From positions 5,456,001-5,520,000 of the forward strand of contig OZ281500.1 in the NCBI GenBank assembly GCA_965637545.1: 64,000 nt of DNA, read 5' to 3'. Position numbers and translations under genes: made by a program. Shown in pieces: positions 13,201 to 24,858 of the stretch (positions within the stretch are counted from its first letter, which is position 1; each line of letters opens with the position of its first letter). A model generated the notes under the pieces. It was not told where the DNA came from and searched no databases. It saw only the letters and a program-made list of their open reading frames with translations. The DNA is from Phallusia mammillata. Lineage: Eukaryota.

Positions 13201-16200
13201 AAATGTCATGAACCACTAAAACTAATATTTCTATCAACACAAAACACGTCTAAATCTCGTGCGTTATAGAAATCATGAATAATGTCACTCTGTTGTACGG
13301 ACGGGTTGGTCTCGCAATGCATGCCTTGTTTTGTAAAGACATGACTGCCCATTTCCTGTCTGGAATCCTAAAAGACTGACTATTTCGCAATGCCCTATAG
13401 CAGATTCACTGGCAATGGAGCGTTATCCCCTTGTGCGTACATGTTTGAGGTTTTCATTGTGAAGGATCAAACCCGCTGGGCCCAAGCCACAGATGAGTGT
13501 GTATGAATGTTGGGTGTTGTCACGTCAATCGCTGTGCCCAAACGCATGTATGTTAACGTGTTTTTAAAGGATTGGCAACATCGGTATTAACTGAACAACC
13601 GTCTAACGCCTAACAGTAGATGAAAATGTGCATATAATTGCATGACTGGATATGTAAGAGATTCTAAACTAATATTTGTATTCGTTTACATTTTAACAGC
13701 TTGCACCAAAAGAATAGTTACTCCCAAACTTCTCTCTCCCCTTGTTCTCTTTCTCCTATTTACTCCCTTGTCCCGAATTTCGCAAAACTGGTATTATTAG
13801 TCTCACTTATATGTTTTCTCATTACCGGTCAAATTTACCTCCGGTTAAGAACATCAGTTGTATGCTCAACAACGGAAAAAAACACTCGAACGAGCTGCAC
13901 ACAACTGGAACTCCAAAACCACTAGTGTATTATTTTGGATACAAGTAAGGTCTAACACTCTAAATCTTACTGATTTAATTATTTGGGGACGTTGAAAATT
14001 AAACGTTCAAACAGAATATAAACACCACTCGATTAACAACCAAAACTTTAAAATTGAAAGTTAAAGATTCTAGGTGGCGAAAAAGTATTTATAGTTTAGC
14101 TTTAATTTTCAGGGAGAACTTCTTACAAAGAGGTTTAAAATGCAACGATCTGTTTTGCCATCACAGCAAGTTATGCGAAAAGGGTAGACTTTGGACTTTT
14201 TCACGGTTTAAAAGCGAAATACAGTCGGGTCGTTGGGGGTTGTCAAACGTATTTCGAGCAAAGTTTTTTTACCAGCAGCCGAACCAGAACGGGACGATAA
14301 ACGGTTACAAACGTTTTAGGCATGCCCGGAATTTTTCGAACCGAGTTTCGATCACGTTTGGCACAATGATTGTCAGCAAAACGTTTAGGCACCAAGACTG
14401 CGTATCCACTATTGTCTTGGAATGATTTATTAGTGACAAGCGAAACCATACGTAAGAATTCATGATAAAAGAAATATTCCGGAGAAATTCGAAATATTGA
14501 TCATGATTTTAAAGCGGTGTCACCAACGCTTGCAAATCCTGTGGACTGAAATCCAGTTTTTTTACTATCACATTTTACGTTACAATCGCCAAAAAGATTG
14601 GAACAAAGATTGAATGTCAGATTTAAAGCCTAACCTATAGTGCACGTAGCATTTAGGTAAAACCTGTGTGATAACATTGCTGTTTTAAACGGTTGTTGAA
14701 CCACGACATAATAAGATGATATAACAACGAGTGACGTTATGGAAAATCATTGTTGTACAATCACCAGCTAAAGTTTGTCATACAACCAGCCTCTGACTCC
14801 ATTTACAAAACACATGTCGTCATTGCTTCCGCTAAGAGACTTATTGTACCACATATTGTTGATATTTGTTTGAAGATATACTTGCGTGGTCAAAATGACC
14901 ATACTACCGTATTATCAAAGATTTGGCCTATCGTTGGTATCTTGCGTGACTTTTTTTCGGTTTAAGCAAACGGCCATTAGGAAATAGGGTGTCGGTTTAC
15001 ACGAGCAAATCTATCTTCCCAAGCCTTGATTAGTTTACCACATTGGAAGTGAGGAAACAGCACCTTTACGCCCACACATGGCCCATAGGGCGCAGGAATA
15101 TGAAGTGATAAAATCGTTTATCGGTTTTGCTTGAGTAAAACACTAATGCAATAGGCGCAGTCAACCTTTGGAGAATGTGCTCTTTTCGTGTGACATTCTC
15201 ACACACACGAGTTTCCTGCTTCACGTATCACAAGGCAATTATCAGACCATGAACCGCAGTTCGCATACGTCGGAAATATTCCCTCTAATATCTTGTTTAA
15301 CTGTACACAATCGCAAAACTGTGTTATGTGTAAGCAACCAAGGGCTATGGTAAAACCAGGAGGACATGTATATAGTTAACTCATTGGTTAGTTTGTTTGT
15401 TAACTCGCTTCGTTCAGTCGACGGTAACAAAAGTTTTAAGCCACCTTTACTAGAGGATGTGTAATACTTCTGGTCAATCCTTTGTCATGGTACATGTTTG
15501 TCAAGGATCACAGATGTGCAACTGGTTCACGTTTTATTTTTGGCCTTTTAACAAGTTCCCAAACAACACTTCATTTTAACAAACAAAAGCAAGGAACTTT
15601 GACGGGCAATTTTAAGTCGAACTACAATGCATTGTGGCTGCGTTTAAACAAGTATACAAACATCAACGGGAGTTTGAGATAAGGTCTACCTCAGACTGAA
15701 TTTGGAACAGTATAGGCTAAAACATACAACTCATTGGCTTCCAGTTCATGATGCCATCAAACCGCGTTGTTTTGACTATTTTTGCGTGGTTGCAAGTCTC
15801 ATTGACAGTGTTTGAAGCAGCACTGTCATGCCAAATTACATTAAGCTTATTTCCAATACGTCAACGGTGGAATCATTTTGCTAAAATAATAAATTGTTTA
15901 CAACCCCCAAAAAGGAAGGAATATATTAACATTTACAAGGCAATACTCTTGCTCCGCAGTGTAGTTTCAGGCCAATCGGGGATTTAAAAGCAATAACTTC
16001 AGGATAAACGCGCAAACCTGCAAAATAGCTAGAGAAGGGATAAGTGTAGTTGAACTGCGTGTCAAATTGTATGCATCGGGAGTACAAACCGCATTGGCTT
16101 GAATTTCCAAATTCTTTGCAAAACGTTCTTTAGTAAAAGTTTTATTGCTACGGGGTATAGTTAAAAATTTACTGACACCACGGTAACCAATCATCACAAA

Positions 16201-16807
16201 AGACGCTATTGTTAAACTCGAATTTACTACATTTTTTTACGGTGTATTGGCAGATGTTTGACAGCCTGTTACACCGGCAAGGATTTAACAACGTGTTTAC
16301 TAAAACCCTCTGTTGAGAGCTATAATCGCACTGCGAGCACCAAATGCTGTAAAATCAGTAAACCGGCAGGAACTTAAAGCTGTTTGCGCGTCGACTCGTT
16401 TGACAAAAAAAAGAAATTGCGTTTTGTACATATTTAAGCAGACACAAATATAACGTAATAAGTTGTGTGGCGCTAAGTCTCTAATTTTTAAAAATTGTGG
16501 AAAGAGATTTAACAACACCTGAAACTTGTGTCACAATGGGTGGGCGTAAAGTCAATACACCAAACAAAACGCGAACTGAGCCATTTTAACATGTTGAATC
16601 CCATTCTAGCGTTAAATACCAAAGACTGTTAAAAGACTTGGTGGTAAAACAAAGGGAGTTGCATTTCAAGAGACACATTTTGAAATCTTACCTATCTTTC
16701 CTTGTGGCGTATTTGCTTGCTGGCTGACTGAGAATGTGTAGGGTCAGTGAACACGTTATGGCAACAGCAACATACAAGCAAACTTGCAGGCGCCTGTATT
16801 TATTCAT
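7285..16807 (-). CDS. GT31 beta-1,3-glycosyltransferase paralog A (375 aa model)
   Basis: Exons 16692-16807 (MNKYRRLQVCLYVAVAITCSLTLHIL, cytoplasmic tail + TM), 11588-11805 (stem, RPRFTYFREP..CEHDKC), 9522-9744 (WSMVNFIKS..RRTW..VFVIG..GDLL..GPDDY) and 7285-7855 (MKTMAGMQW, YSSGDDD, KWY, YPKSCLGGFY, VDDVWITG, HH, ICTC*). Phases 2/1/2, GT-AG, 1128 nt. Confidence 0.9.
7970..8177 (+). mobile_element. hAT MITE family 1, intron 3 of paralog A
   Basis: TIR CAGGGGTCGGCAACC / GGTTGCCGACCACTG; perfect TSD CTTTACAA (7962-7969, 8178-8185); homologous to 12591-12807 (inverted) and 31927-32114. Confidence 0.92.
9100..9445. mobile_element. Older hAT-like MITE with TTCGGG subterminal repeats
   Basis: Ends CAGAGTTGTAA / TTAAAACTCTG (10 of 11 match); clusters of TTCGGG/CGGGCTT at both ends; flanks CCTTAGAC and TTTTAGGG share only TTAG, read as a decayed TSD. 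Confidence 0.6.
12591..12807 (-). mobile_element. hAT MITE family 1, intron 1 of paralog A
   Basis: TIR CAGTGGTCGGCAACC / GGTTACCGACCCCTG; perfect TSD GGTTAAAT (12583-12590, 12808-12815); reverse-complement homolog of 7970-8177. Confidence 0.92.
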
Positions 16808-19800
16808 GTCTGTCTTAAAGGAAAACAGATCGCACCTTTTGAACTATATCGCTTTCTGCAAGGAAAAAATATATACACGAATAATGAAAAGGTAAATGTA
16901 ATCAACTTAAATTTGGGTTTAAATGCCGTGTGTTTCCAACAAGGCATTAGATTTCATCAAAACTTTAACAATATGCTCGATAAAAAAGCATGTACTTTTT
17001 TACACTAAGCATGTGTTCCAATACACCTGCTAACAACCTTTCCCACCAAAAATAAATTCTTTTTAGTGATAAACAGCTAAAACTAAGGTAGCAGTTTGTG
17101 ATAATGTAGTGGATATCATGGGTCTTAACCACGCAGTTTATATCACGTGTTTGAACTTTAACAACTGGTAAACTTTTAGACCAGAAATAGAACAAAAATG
17201 CACGTAAAACGTGGGTTGAAACCTCGACATTACACCACCGCTACTTCCTTGCCTAATGCCAACGCTATATTGACTACGGTTAAACAAATATTAAAAATGA
17301 GGTTACCACTACAATATGACTGCGTCTGTATATATAAGCGGCAATTGATTCGATAAATGTAGATTATAAAAAAATAATCCCACTTGTTGTTAACGTTTTT
17401 CTACCATAAATTTAGTGCACACTTTGTAATTTACACACCTAACAACAACAAAAAACACAATAGCACAAGTATTGGTTGAAAAAAAACGTTATTTTTATTG
17501 ATACTCATCGTTGTAATATGTAATGAACGTCAAATATAGGGACATACAATATCATAATGGCTGAAATAAAAAAATAAAATAAAAAGAGCAAAATTTAAAA
17601 AAAATCTGTATTGCTTTGTAACACAGCAATCCGACTGACTATAATGGAGTATTAATACATGACTCAAGTTGAATTAGAATTTGTATGGATATTGCCAGAG
17701 CTTTCAAACCAGATACCTCTTGTAACTGCCTATTGAGCATATTACAATGCATGTCTCTGTAAAACTTCATAATCCTCATCAAACTATACTAAAATTCATC
17801 TTTCAGTTGACTTTGCCCAGATCAACGAACTATCAGTTTAAAACATGTTTGTGACTGCTGTTATGTTGCTGCTATCGTCTTAGAATATATCTCCGCAAAC
17901 AGTACGGTTGCTCATGGCCTTTCCGGTTGCTATGAAATGATAACTTCTTATAAACCAAACAGCTCATCGAAGTACTGTACCGGACACCGATGCTGAGATG
18001 AGTAAGTAACAACAACATCAACATTACACCTTTTGATATCAACGTAACTAGAGAACAAAGTTTACAAATCAAAGTTGCAAACACCAACAGCGTTAACTAA
18101 AAGTTCTTTTGACCCATTGTTGAAGCCCAATCAATCGCATGTTTGTAAACCGTATGTCACCAAAAGTTGAAAACAATAAACAAGTAAACTCAAATTAGAA
18201 TCAACATTTGAGTTAACGATTATTTCTGACATAACATACTATTAAATTAACAATGGATACCACGGTTTTTAATTTAACACGAGTCTGTCGTTATCGCATG
18301 TCAGCATTAACGCCCTAGAAGTTATAGAACTGATCAAAGTAATAAACGCAAGTTCATATAGTTGCTGGCTATTCGTTACATATCTGTTATACATATGAGG
18401 CCAAAGGTTGTGGTATCTTTAAGCTTTGAAACATTGTTCAAAACAGTTTTACATTAAAAGTGGCCGAGGAACATAGACCTTCCCTCAAACTCAAACCTGT
18501 CTGTCTCAAGGCTTATGATTGGTTTTCCGAATTTATTCGAAAGATATTGACGTCATCCAAAACCGCACGTCATTTTGACAAAAGTACCTTATGGCTGTAA
18601 GGAAATGTTAAACGTACCCAAACACATGAAGACATGTTATCAAATATTGACATTTGGGGCACTGTGCATATACACATAAAAGCGTCACCAATATGGCATA
18701 GACAATAGTTTCCAGACTTTCCACTCGCTACCTTAATCCGTTTTCGTTACGCCCGAAAGATACTTCCCTTTTTACGGGGCCTGGTTGACAACACAGAGCT
18801 TAACAGAGCAACTAGGGAGGTTTACGGAATGCCTACTACTTTCTTTACGCAACGATGGTCAGGTGATGTCCAGCTTTTTTCTGCTCCATTAAACTTTGAG
18901 TACCTATTTTTTGGCAGGGGTGGTTCAGAAGTTCGAACGCACAAACACGCAAAAGTTCGCTTTGGGGAAAAAGTGGCACGTTTTATTAAAACTAAACATT
19001 TGACAACACAATGGTGAAAAAGTTTTAGATTCAGCGATTGCGCAACCACTGGGTGAATATACAATCAGTTTTACTGTCCTTGCGTCGTTAAGTCTTAGAC
19101 CGCATATTTACTTTTCCTATCTGAATGTTTACTTTTCCTATCCCTGGCGGATACTTTCACATTAGTATTTGACCAACTTTTTTCTCAGTACAATCTTTCA
19201 ATTCGTACGTTAAACTGCTAAACTGAAAATTTTCAAAGCTGAGGCAAAACCAAACAAAAATCATTAACTTTGTTAAATCGTGACTAACTGCAAACAGATT
19301 TAACAAAAAATCCCTTCGTGTTCGTGACTCACAGATCCAGCCTTAAAAACAGCCAATTGACCTGCAACATTACACCCTACTAGATGTAAACCCGACTGTA
19401 CAAAAAACTGCCACTTTTTTATCCTATAAATTTGCACACAATCCGCACAACTACCCTGCTATGCTATGGTTTTTAATTTGAACTCGACCTGTTTTCGCTT
19501 TCGTCCACCTAATTACACGGCAAACACAACTTGTGTAGTTTTAAGCTTGTCAAACAAAGTCAGACAATATCCTCGATCTGACGAAACATTCAAACAATTC
19601 AATTCAAGAGAACCTGGCGAAGACAAAAAAGCCTTAGGAAACTTACATCTGGTATTTACCAGGACCCTTTCTCTCTCATCCATAAGTTGCGTCACACCCT
19701 GTGACGTATACGACATCACCCGGCAACTAAAAAAGTATCTGTGCACTGAGGCTGGGTACGACTGTAGGCTCGCCAACACACCAGCAGGGCGTTTGGAATG

Positions 19801-21904
19801 CTACGTAAGCCTAGTGCGTTTATTTTTAGCTTTTCGGGAGGTAAGGCCTAAAATAATGGGAACAATTGACACTGCACAACAGTCAAAGTAGGCTACGAGC
19901 TAGAGGTCTAAAAACTTACACTATTAACATATACCATGATAACACTACACAGAAGTTATACTCATTTTTATGTTCACAACTGAACAGGGCAGAAAATAAA
20001 CCAAAGTTGTGTCACGAACAAGACAGCTTAAACGTCAAATGAGCCTGCGTTGTAACACCAGCAGGCATCGATATAAAAACAAACGACACATCTTTTTCTC
20101 GAGTATATCCCTATATCAACGGCCTAGCTAGTTATTCGCTATTTTCATTGACATTTCTTTACTGTACACTTCTTCAACATTCAGTACAATTAGTCAGAAA
20201 CTATATGCATGTCATATGACGCATGACGCACTTGCCGACGAACAAGCAAAACATATAGGGAAGTATTAAGTGTGACAAGCCGTACCTAAAGAGGTGTTAT
20301 GAGTCATGCTTTCAACTAGCTCTTTCGGCAATTTACCAACTCCCGTGAATTGTTTTGATATCCTGCCTTAGTAACAAGACTCAGTTGACTGTCTAGCTAG
20401 CTCTTGCCCGCATTTAACAACATGTGCAAACTCCAATAAACCCATTCATCACTGCAAGTAAATGACAACAGTGCTGTTTCTGATCGCAAAGCTGGCATCT
20501 CCTTGTTATACTTATTGGCTGACTTCAAGTTTTGAGCAATACATTTAATGCACTTGGCAGTTTGTATGACTAATACATGTTAAGGTAAAACGAATAAAGG
20601 TTGCAGAAACAACAGGACCCGTCACAGCGTGGAAGTTCGAGTATACACACTACACAGTTACGTACTTCCCTTCGAACAATGGGAAGAGAACGCTGCTTAC
20701 TTGGTCTGCCTTCCAAGCTAAAGAAAGCGGAAATGCGCAAATTGATCGATTGAATGCAGCGGCGGGTACAGCTCGTTTATGCCTATTGCATTTCTAGTGG
20801 TATTCCTTGCCACAGAAATCAGTGACTGTCTTGCTAACCGAAAATTTTTCCTAGGCTTAAACTTTAGACAAATTTGTTGGTGGTCACAAGTCACAAAAAA
20901 CTGGCTTCACTATCATGAAATGTTGCAAATCATTAACAAATTATGCGGAAACTAAAGTTCCGGTTAGAATCTATAGTTTGCGATATTTATTCAATGAACT
21001 GTGGTAAACAAGTTGATGCAATGTGTATGTGACCACACATTTCCTTTTCCAACCGGTTGTTTAGACTTACATGAATCTGTATGACTTTGTTTCTATGCCC
21101 AGTGGTGCCACTTGTAAGCTTTCATTGTGTTTAATCCAATTGCCTTTGGGAAATCAAGCGTTGCCAATAAATTCATATTCATGAGACAAATTGCTTCGAA
21201 AACCACCCGACAAACACGGATTTAAATATAATACCCGCTTTTATTAAGGTGGCATTGTAATATTTTTACCACACACTGGGCATTAAACAACGCATATTGC
21301 ATTTTAAAAGTGGCATTAAATAGAAGTTATTTACCACACAGTACATAAAGTGGTTTGGGGCAAAATTGGGTCTTTAATAAAACGAAGCTAAAGGTATCGC
21401 TTCTGTCCTAAACCAAATAGCTGAATATAGAACGATTTGCATTTATGCGTTTAAAAGCTTTTTGGACGATCAAATTACCGAATATTATCACAACGAATGT
21501 CATATCTCAAAACGCACATTTTTCAGTGCCCTTTATCGTTGGTACATGATTCGACTATACGCTGTCTCTATTAAAACGTCGAAAATGCAAAACAGCCACA
21601 CGGAAGCTCAAACTTACAAAACCGTTCAATAGAGAAAACCCACTACATGAATTTAACAGGATGCGGTTTATCTCACAGCCTTTCCAACGTCTGCCATAAT
21701 GTAATGTGTTTATATCAGAGTCTCATTTCTATTTCCTTGTCTATTATTTTCTCGAAAGCACATGACCAAGTTAGAAATGCGATTAGCTTCCTTCGACCAA
21801 TATAATATTAAACTTAAAGCATCAATAACTTCACTTGCAATTGTAAAATTCAACTGACAAACGAATAACAACTAATTCAGTTTTCAGTACGAATTGGTTA
21901 TTAT

Positions 21905-21995
21905 GAGTGATGTACCGAATCGGCGAAATTTCGATTCGGCCGAAACCGAATATTCGGCGGTTTTGCCGAAAAAATTCGACCGAATCAACCGAATC
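21905..21995. mobile_element. Solo end of a hAT-like element with CCGAAT subterminal repeats
   Basis: AGTGATGTACCGAATC followed by dense CCGAA/TTCGG repeats; no matching opposite end found nearby. Confidence 0.45.
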
Positions 21996-24858
21996 ATTTA
22001 TGACGTCACGCGAAGTCGTACTCTACTCGTTTGACATGAAAACATAAGTTTATCTACCTGGCTGTTAGTACAGAATGGTGGTGTTTCGTCCTTATTTGTA
22101 AAAAATGCAACAAATTTCCTCAAACAGTAAAAACCCACATTTCAAAACACAAATATAAGGAGATTGTTTTCATAACAGACTCTTCCACATAAAACCAGTC
22201 TTTACCGCTTCCTGTCAATGCTTGCTATGCCTAAATCTAAATAGTAATGACTTGTCTAAATATTTTTGTGTGTAACAAAGGTCTTGGCCAGCAGTTGAAA
22301 ATAGCCAATGGAATGGTTTCAATTGTATCAAAAAGTACTAACTAAAATATGAACTCACAAATCGATTGCCATACTGTAAAAATTTTAGCATACTGTCGTG
22401 CGTTTACCTTAACACGCGTGTCAAGGGTTGTCAAGTGTCAACCCACGGTGTAAACGTACGCTTTTATATAAGTTGCAATAAAAGGAGCTTTGATTTTTCT
22501 AATATTTCTAATAATTGACTTCGTGTTTATTTTGCGCGCCTCGTTAAACACATCAAGCATCTGGCAAGCGTCTTGTCGTTATCAATTTCGCAGTCCTGTC
22601 TGGACTTTTACAATCCGCACATACTAATGTACGTGGTAACACCACCAATCTTCTAAATATTGAATGATTGGAATTTCCGAAACCTGATTGGTGATAGAGC
22701 TGACGAAATCTGACGCGGATTGATTCATCCGCTGACGCAAACGTATGAAAATACACAAGTAGCTGCCATCACGCGTTTTCCACTCATGCGGCTGTGGTCG
22801 GTTGTACACGGGAATTCACGCAAAACGATACGCCTACCAATTAATGATAAAAGGCTACCTAATGTTTTGCAAAACAATTTGCGGAAGCATAAAACAGTCA
22901 GCGATTAACTGACAAAGTCACCGGTAGCTTATTACGGTAACGACTCCCACACTTAACATTAAGAATGAAATAACTATTTCCGAAAAACTTTGGTGAAGTC
23001 AAATCCAAAGGTGTTTCGTTACATAAAACCAATTAAAATAATGAACCAATTGCAGAAAGAGTAATAGATTAGCGAGCGAATGTAGTTAAACACTATCTCA
23101 GTAAAAACAAGAAGCCACCACAAAATTAAGAGCATTACATGTTCGGGTTAATTTAAACATATTGAATGATTGTTGTTGCACAACATCTATACATGGTTTG
23201 AACAATGTTGGCTCCATTTTAAGCCAACAGTAAAACAGAAGCTTGAATTTGACTCGAAAACCAATGACTACAAACAAGCTTTATTTCAACACACATAGCC
23301 TCTACACTTAATAGATCCTTGCAACACTAAATTCGACATCATATAATCCATGCAGCTCAAACAGGTCTTTACTGCACAAACGCGTCAGCTGTCGACAAAA
23401 CCTGAGCTGCGTACCGCGAAACATCCTTTCTGACGCCTTGATAAGACCAGCGTTCGTTCCATTAGCGCCGCAAGGGAGGAATGCTGAATGCTTTGGTCCC
23501 TTGAGCATATATAAGAAAGTCCCTCAAGCATGACAGATTGTGGGATTAGCAACATATATGCAATAAAGCCGCGGCCAGAATACAGGCTTAAGGATGCCGA
23601 AAGCAACTTAAGTTTATGGTATGTAGCTGCATTATGTACAAAGCAGTTAAAACATGATTTTACACAGTGTATTAACTACATGAGATGATTGCAAACTCTT
23701 GTTTGACTCTTTGAGGTCAGTGGTCTTTGAATTCCTTAGGTGCTGTTGTTATTTGCATCAGATATTTTGATTGAGCTATTCTATTCTATTTTTTCATGGT
23801 ACAACGCTTAAATTTCTTCGTTTTTTTTTCAAAGAAAACAAAAGGACAAAGAAAACGAATAAGAAACTGTTTTTGACAAAGAAAGCTAAAAGCACGCTAC
23901 AAGTCCCAATGAGCGTAAAAATGCATAGTCAAATCAACAAAAAAGGAAGTCTCACAATTTTCACAAACAAACAAAAATGAAAAATGGTTAATGCAAGCTG
24001 ACAAGCAGTATTACGTAGACAACACGTATTTTCTAGCAATCGTATATATGTCAAAAAGATTGGTACATTTTTATTTAGACAAAGCGAATTCGAAAGCGTT
24101 GTGCATTTATTTGATGAAATAAAATCGGTTTATTTGATGAAATAAATAATAATGTGTACACTCGTGTGTGTGAAAAATGTTATGCAACTGAAGCGAACGT
24201 ATTTGGCATGCAAAAAAACAATCATACATAAGGCTCATATCAAATAATCATGGCCTATTGACGAGATCAATTGTTTTATTTTATAATTTTAGCCCGAAGG
24301 TGCCGTTGTAATTCATTTGGTGCCCTTAAGTAATCGGAAGTATACTTTGGTTATAAAAGCATAGAGTAACAATTCTATTAAAATGCTTTTGTAATTGCTC
24401 TGAGTTTAAATGACATGATTACAGTGTTTTCTTACGATTGATTTACGAAGAGTTTGATAAATAAAAAATACTGAAAGTACTTTTTACACAAAAACACGTT
24501 ACACAAAGGTAAAAAATACAGAAAGGAGCGATCCAATAGCTTGTCGTAAGCAACGCTACACTGAAGAAAAATTATACCAAAAAATGTTGAACTCCAGGCT
24601 TTTGGGTTGCAACAGAGCATCATACGTGAAAGCAATTTTTTAAAATACCCAATTTTGCATGTCGTGATTTTTCAAAGTCAGGAAAAACAAGTTTCTGGTC
24701 TTTCGTCTTAATTTGGCTTGTTGCGTGAGTAAAAGAATTTCGCAGTCGAAATTTCGTTTGTTGCAGTTTCACGTTCTTGAGGGTTCTTTTGTAGAAACGC
24801 CTTACTGCAGCTTGTTCCCACCCTTAAGTTGTGGAATCACATACAAGATACTGAAATT

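Noticed and set aside
19466-19891. 141-aa plus-strand ORF
   Set aside because: No recognisable motif or splice context.
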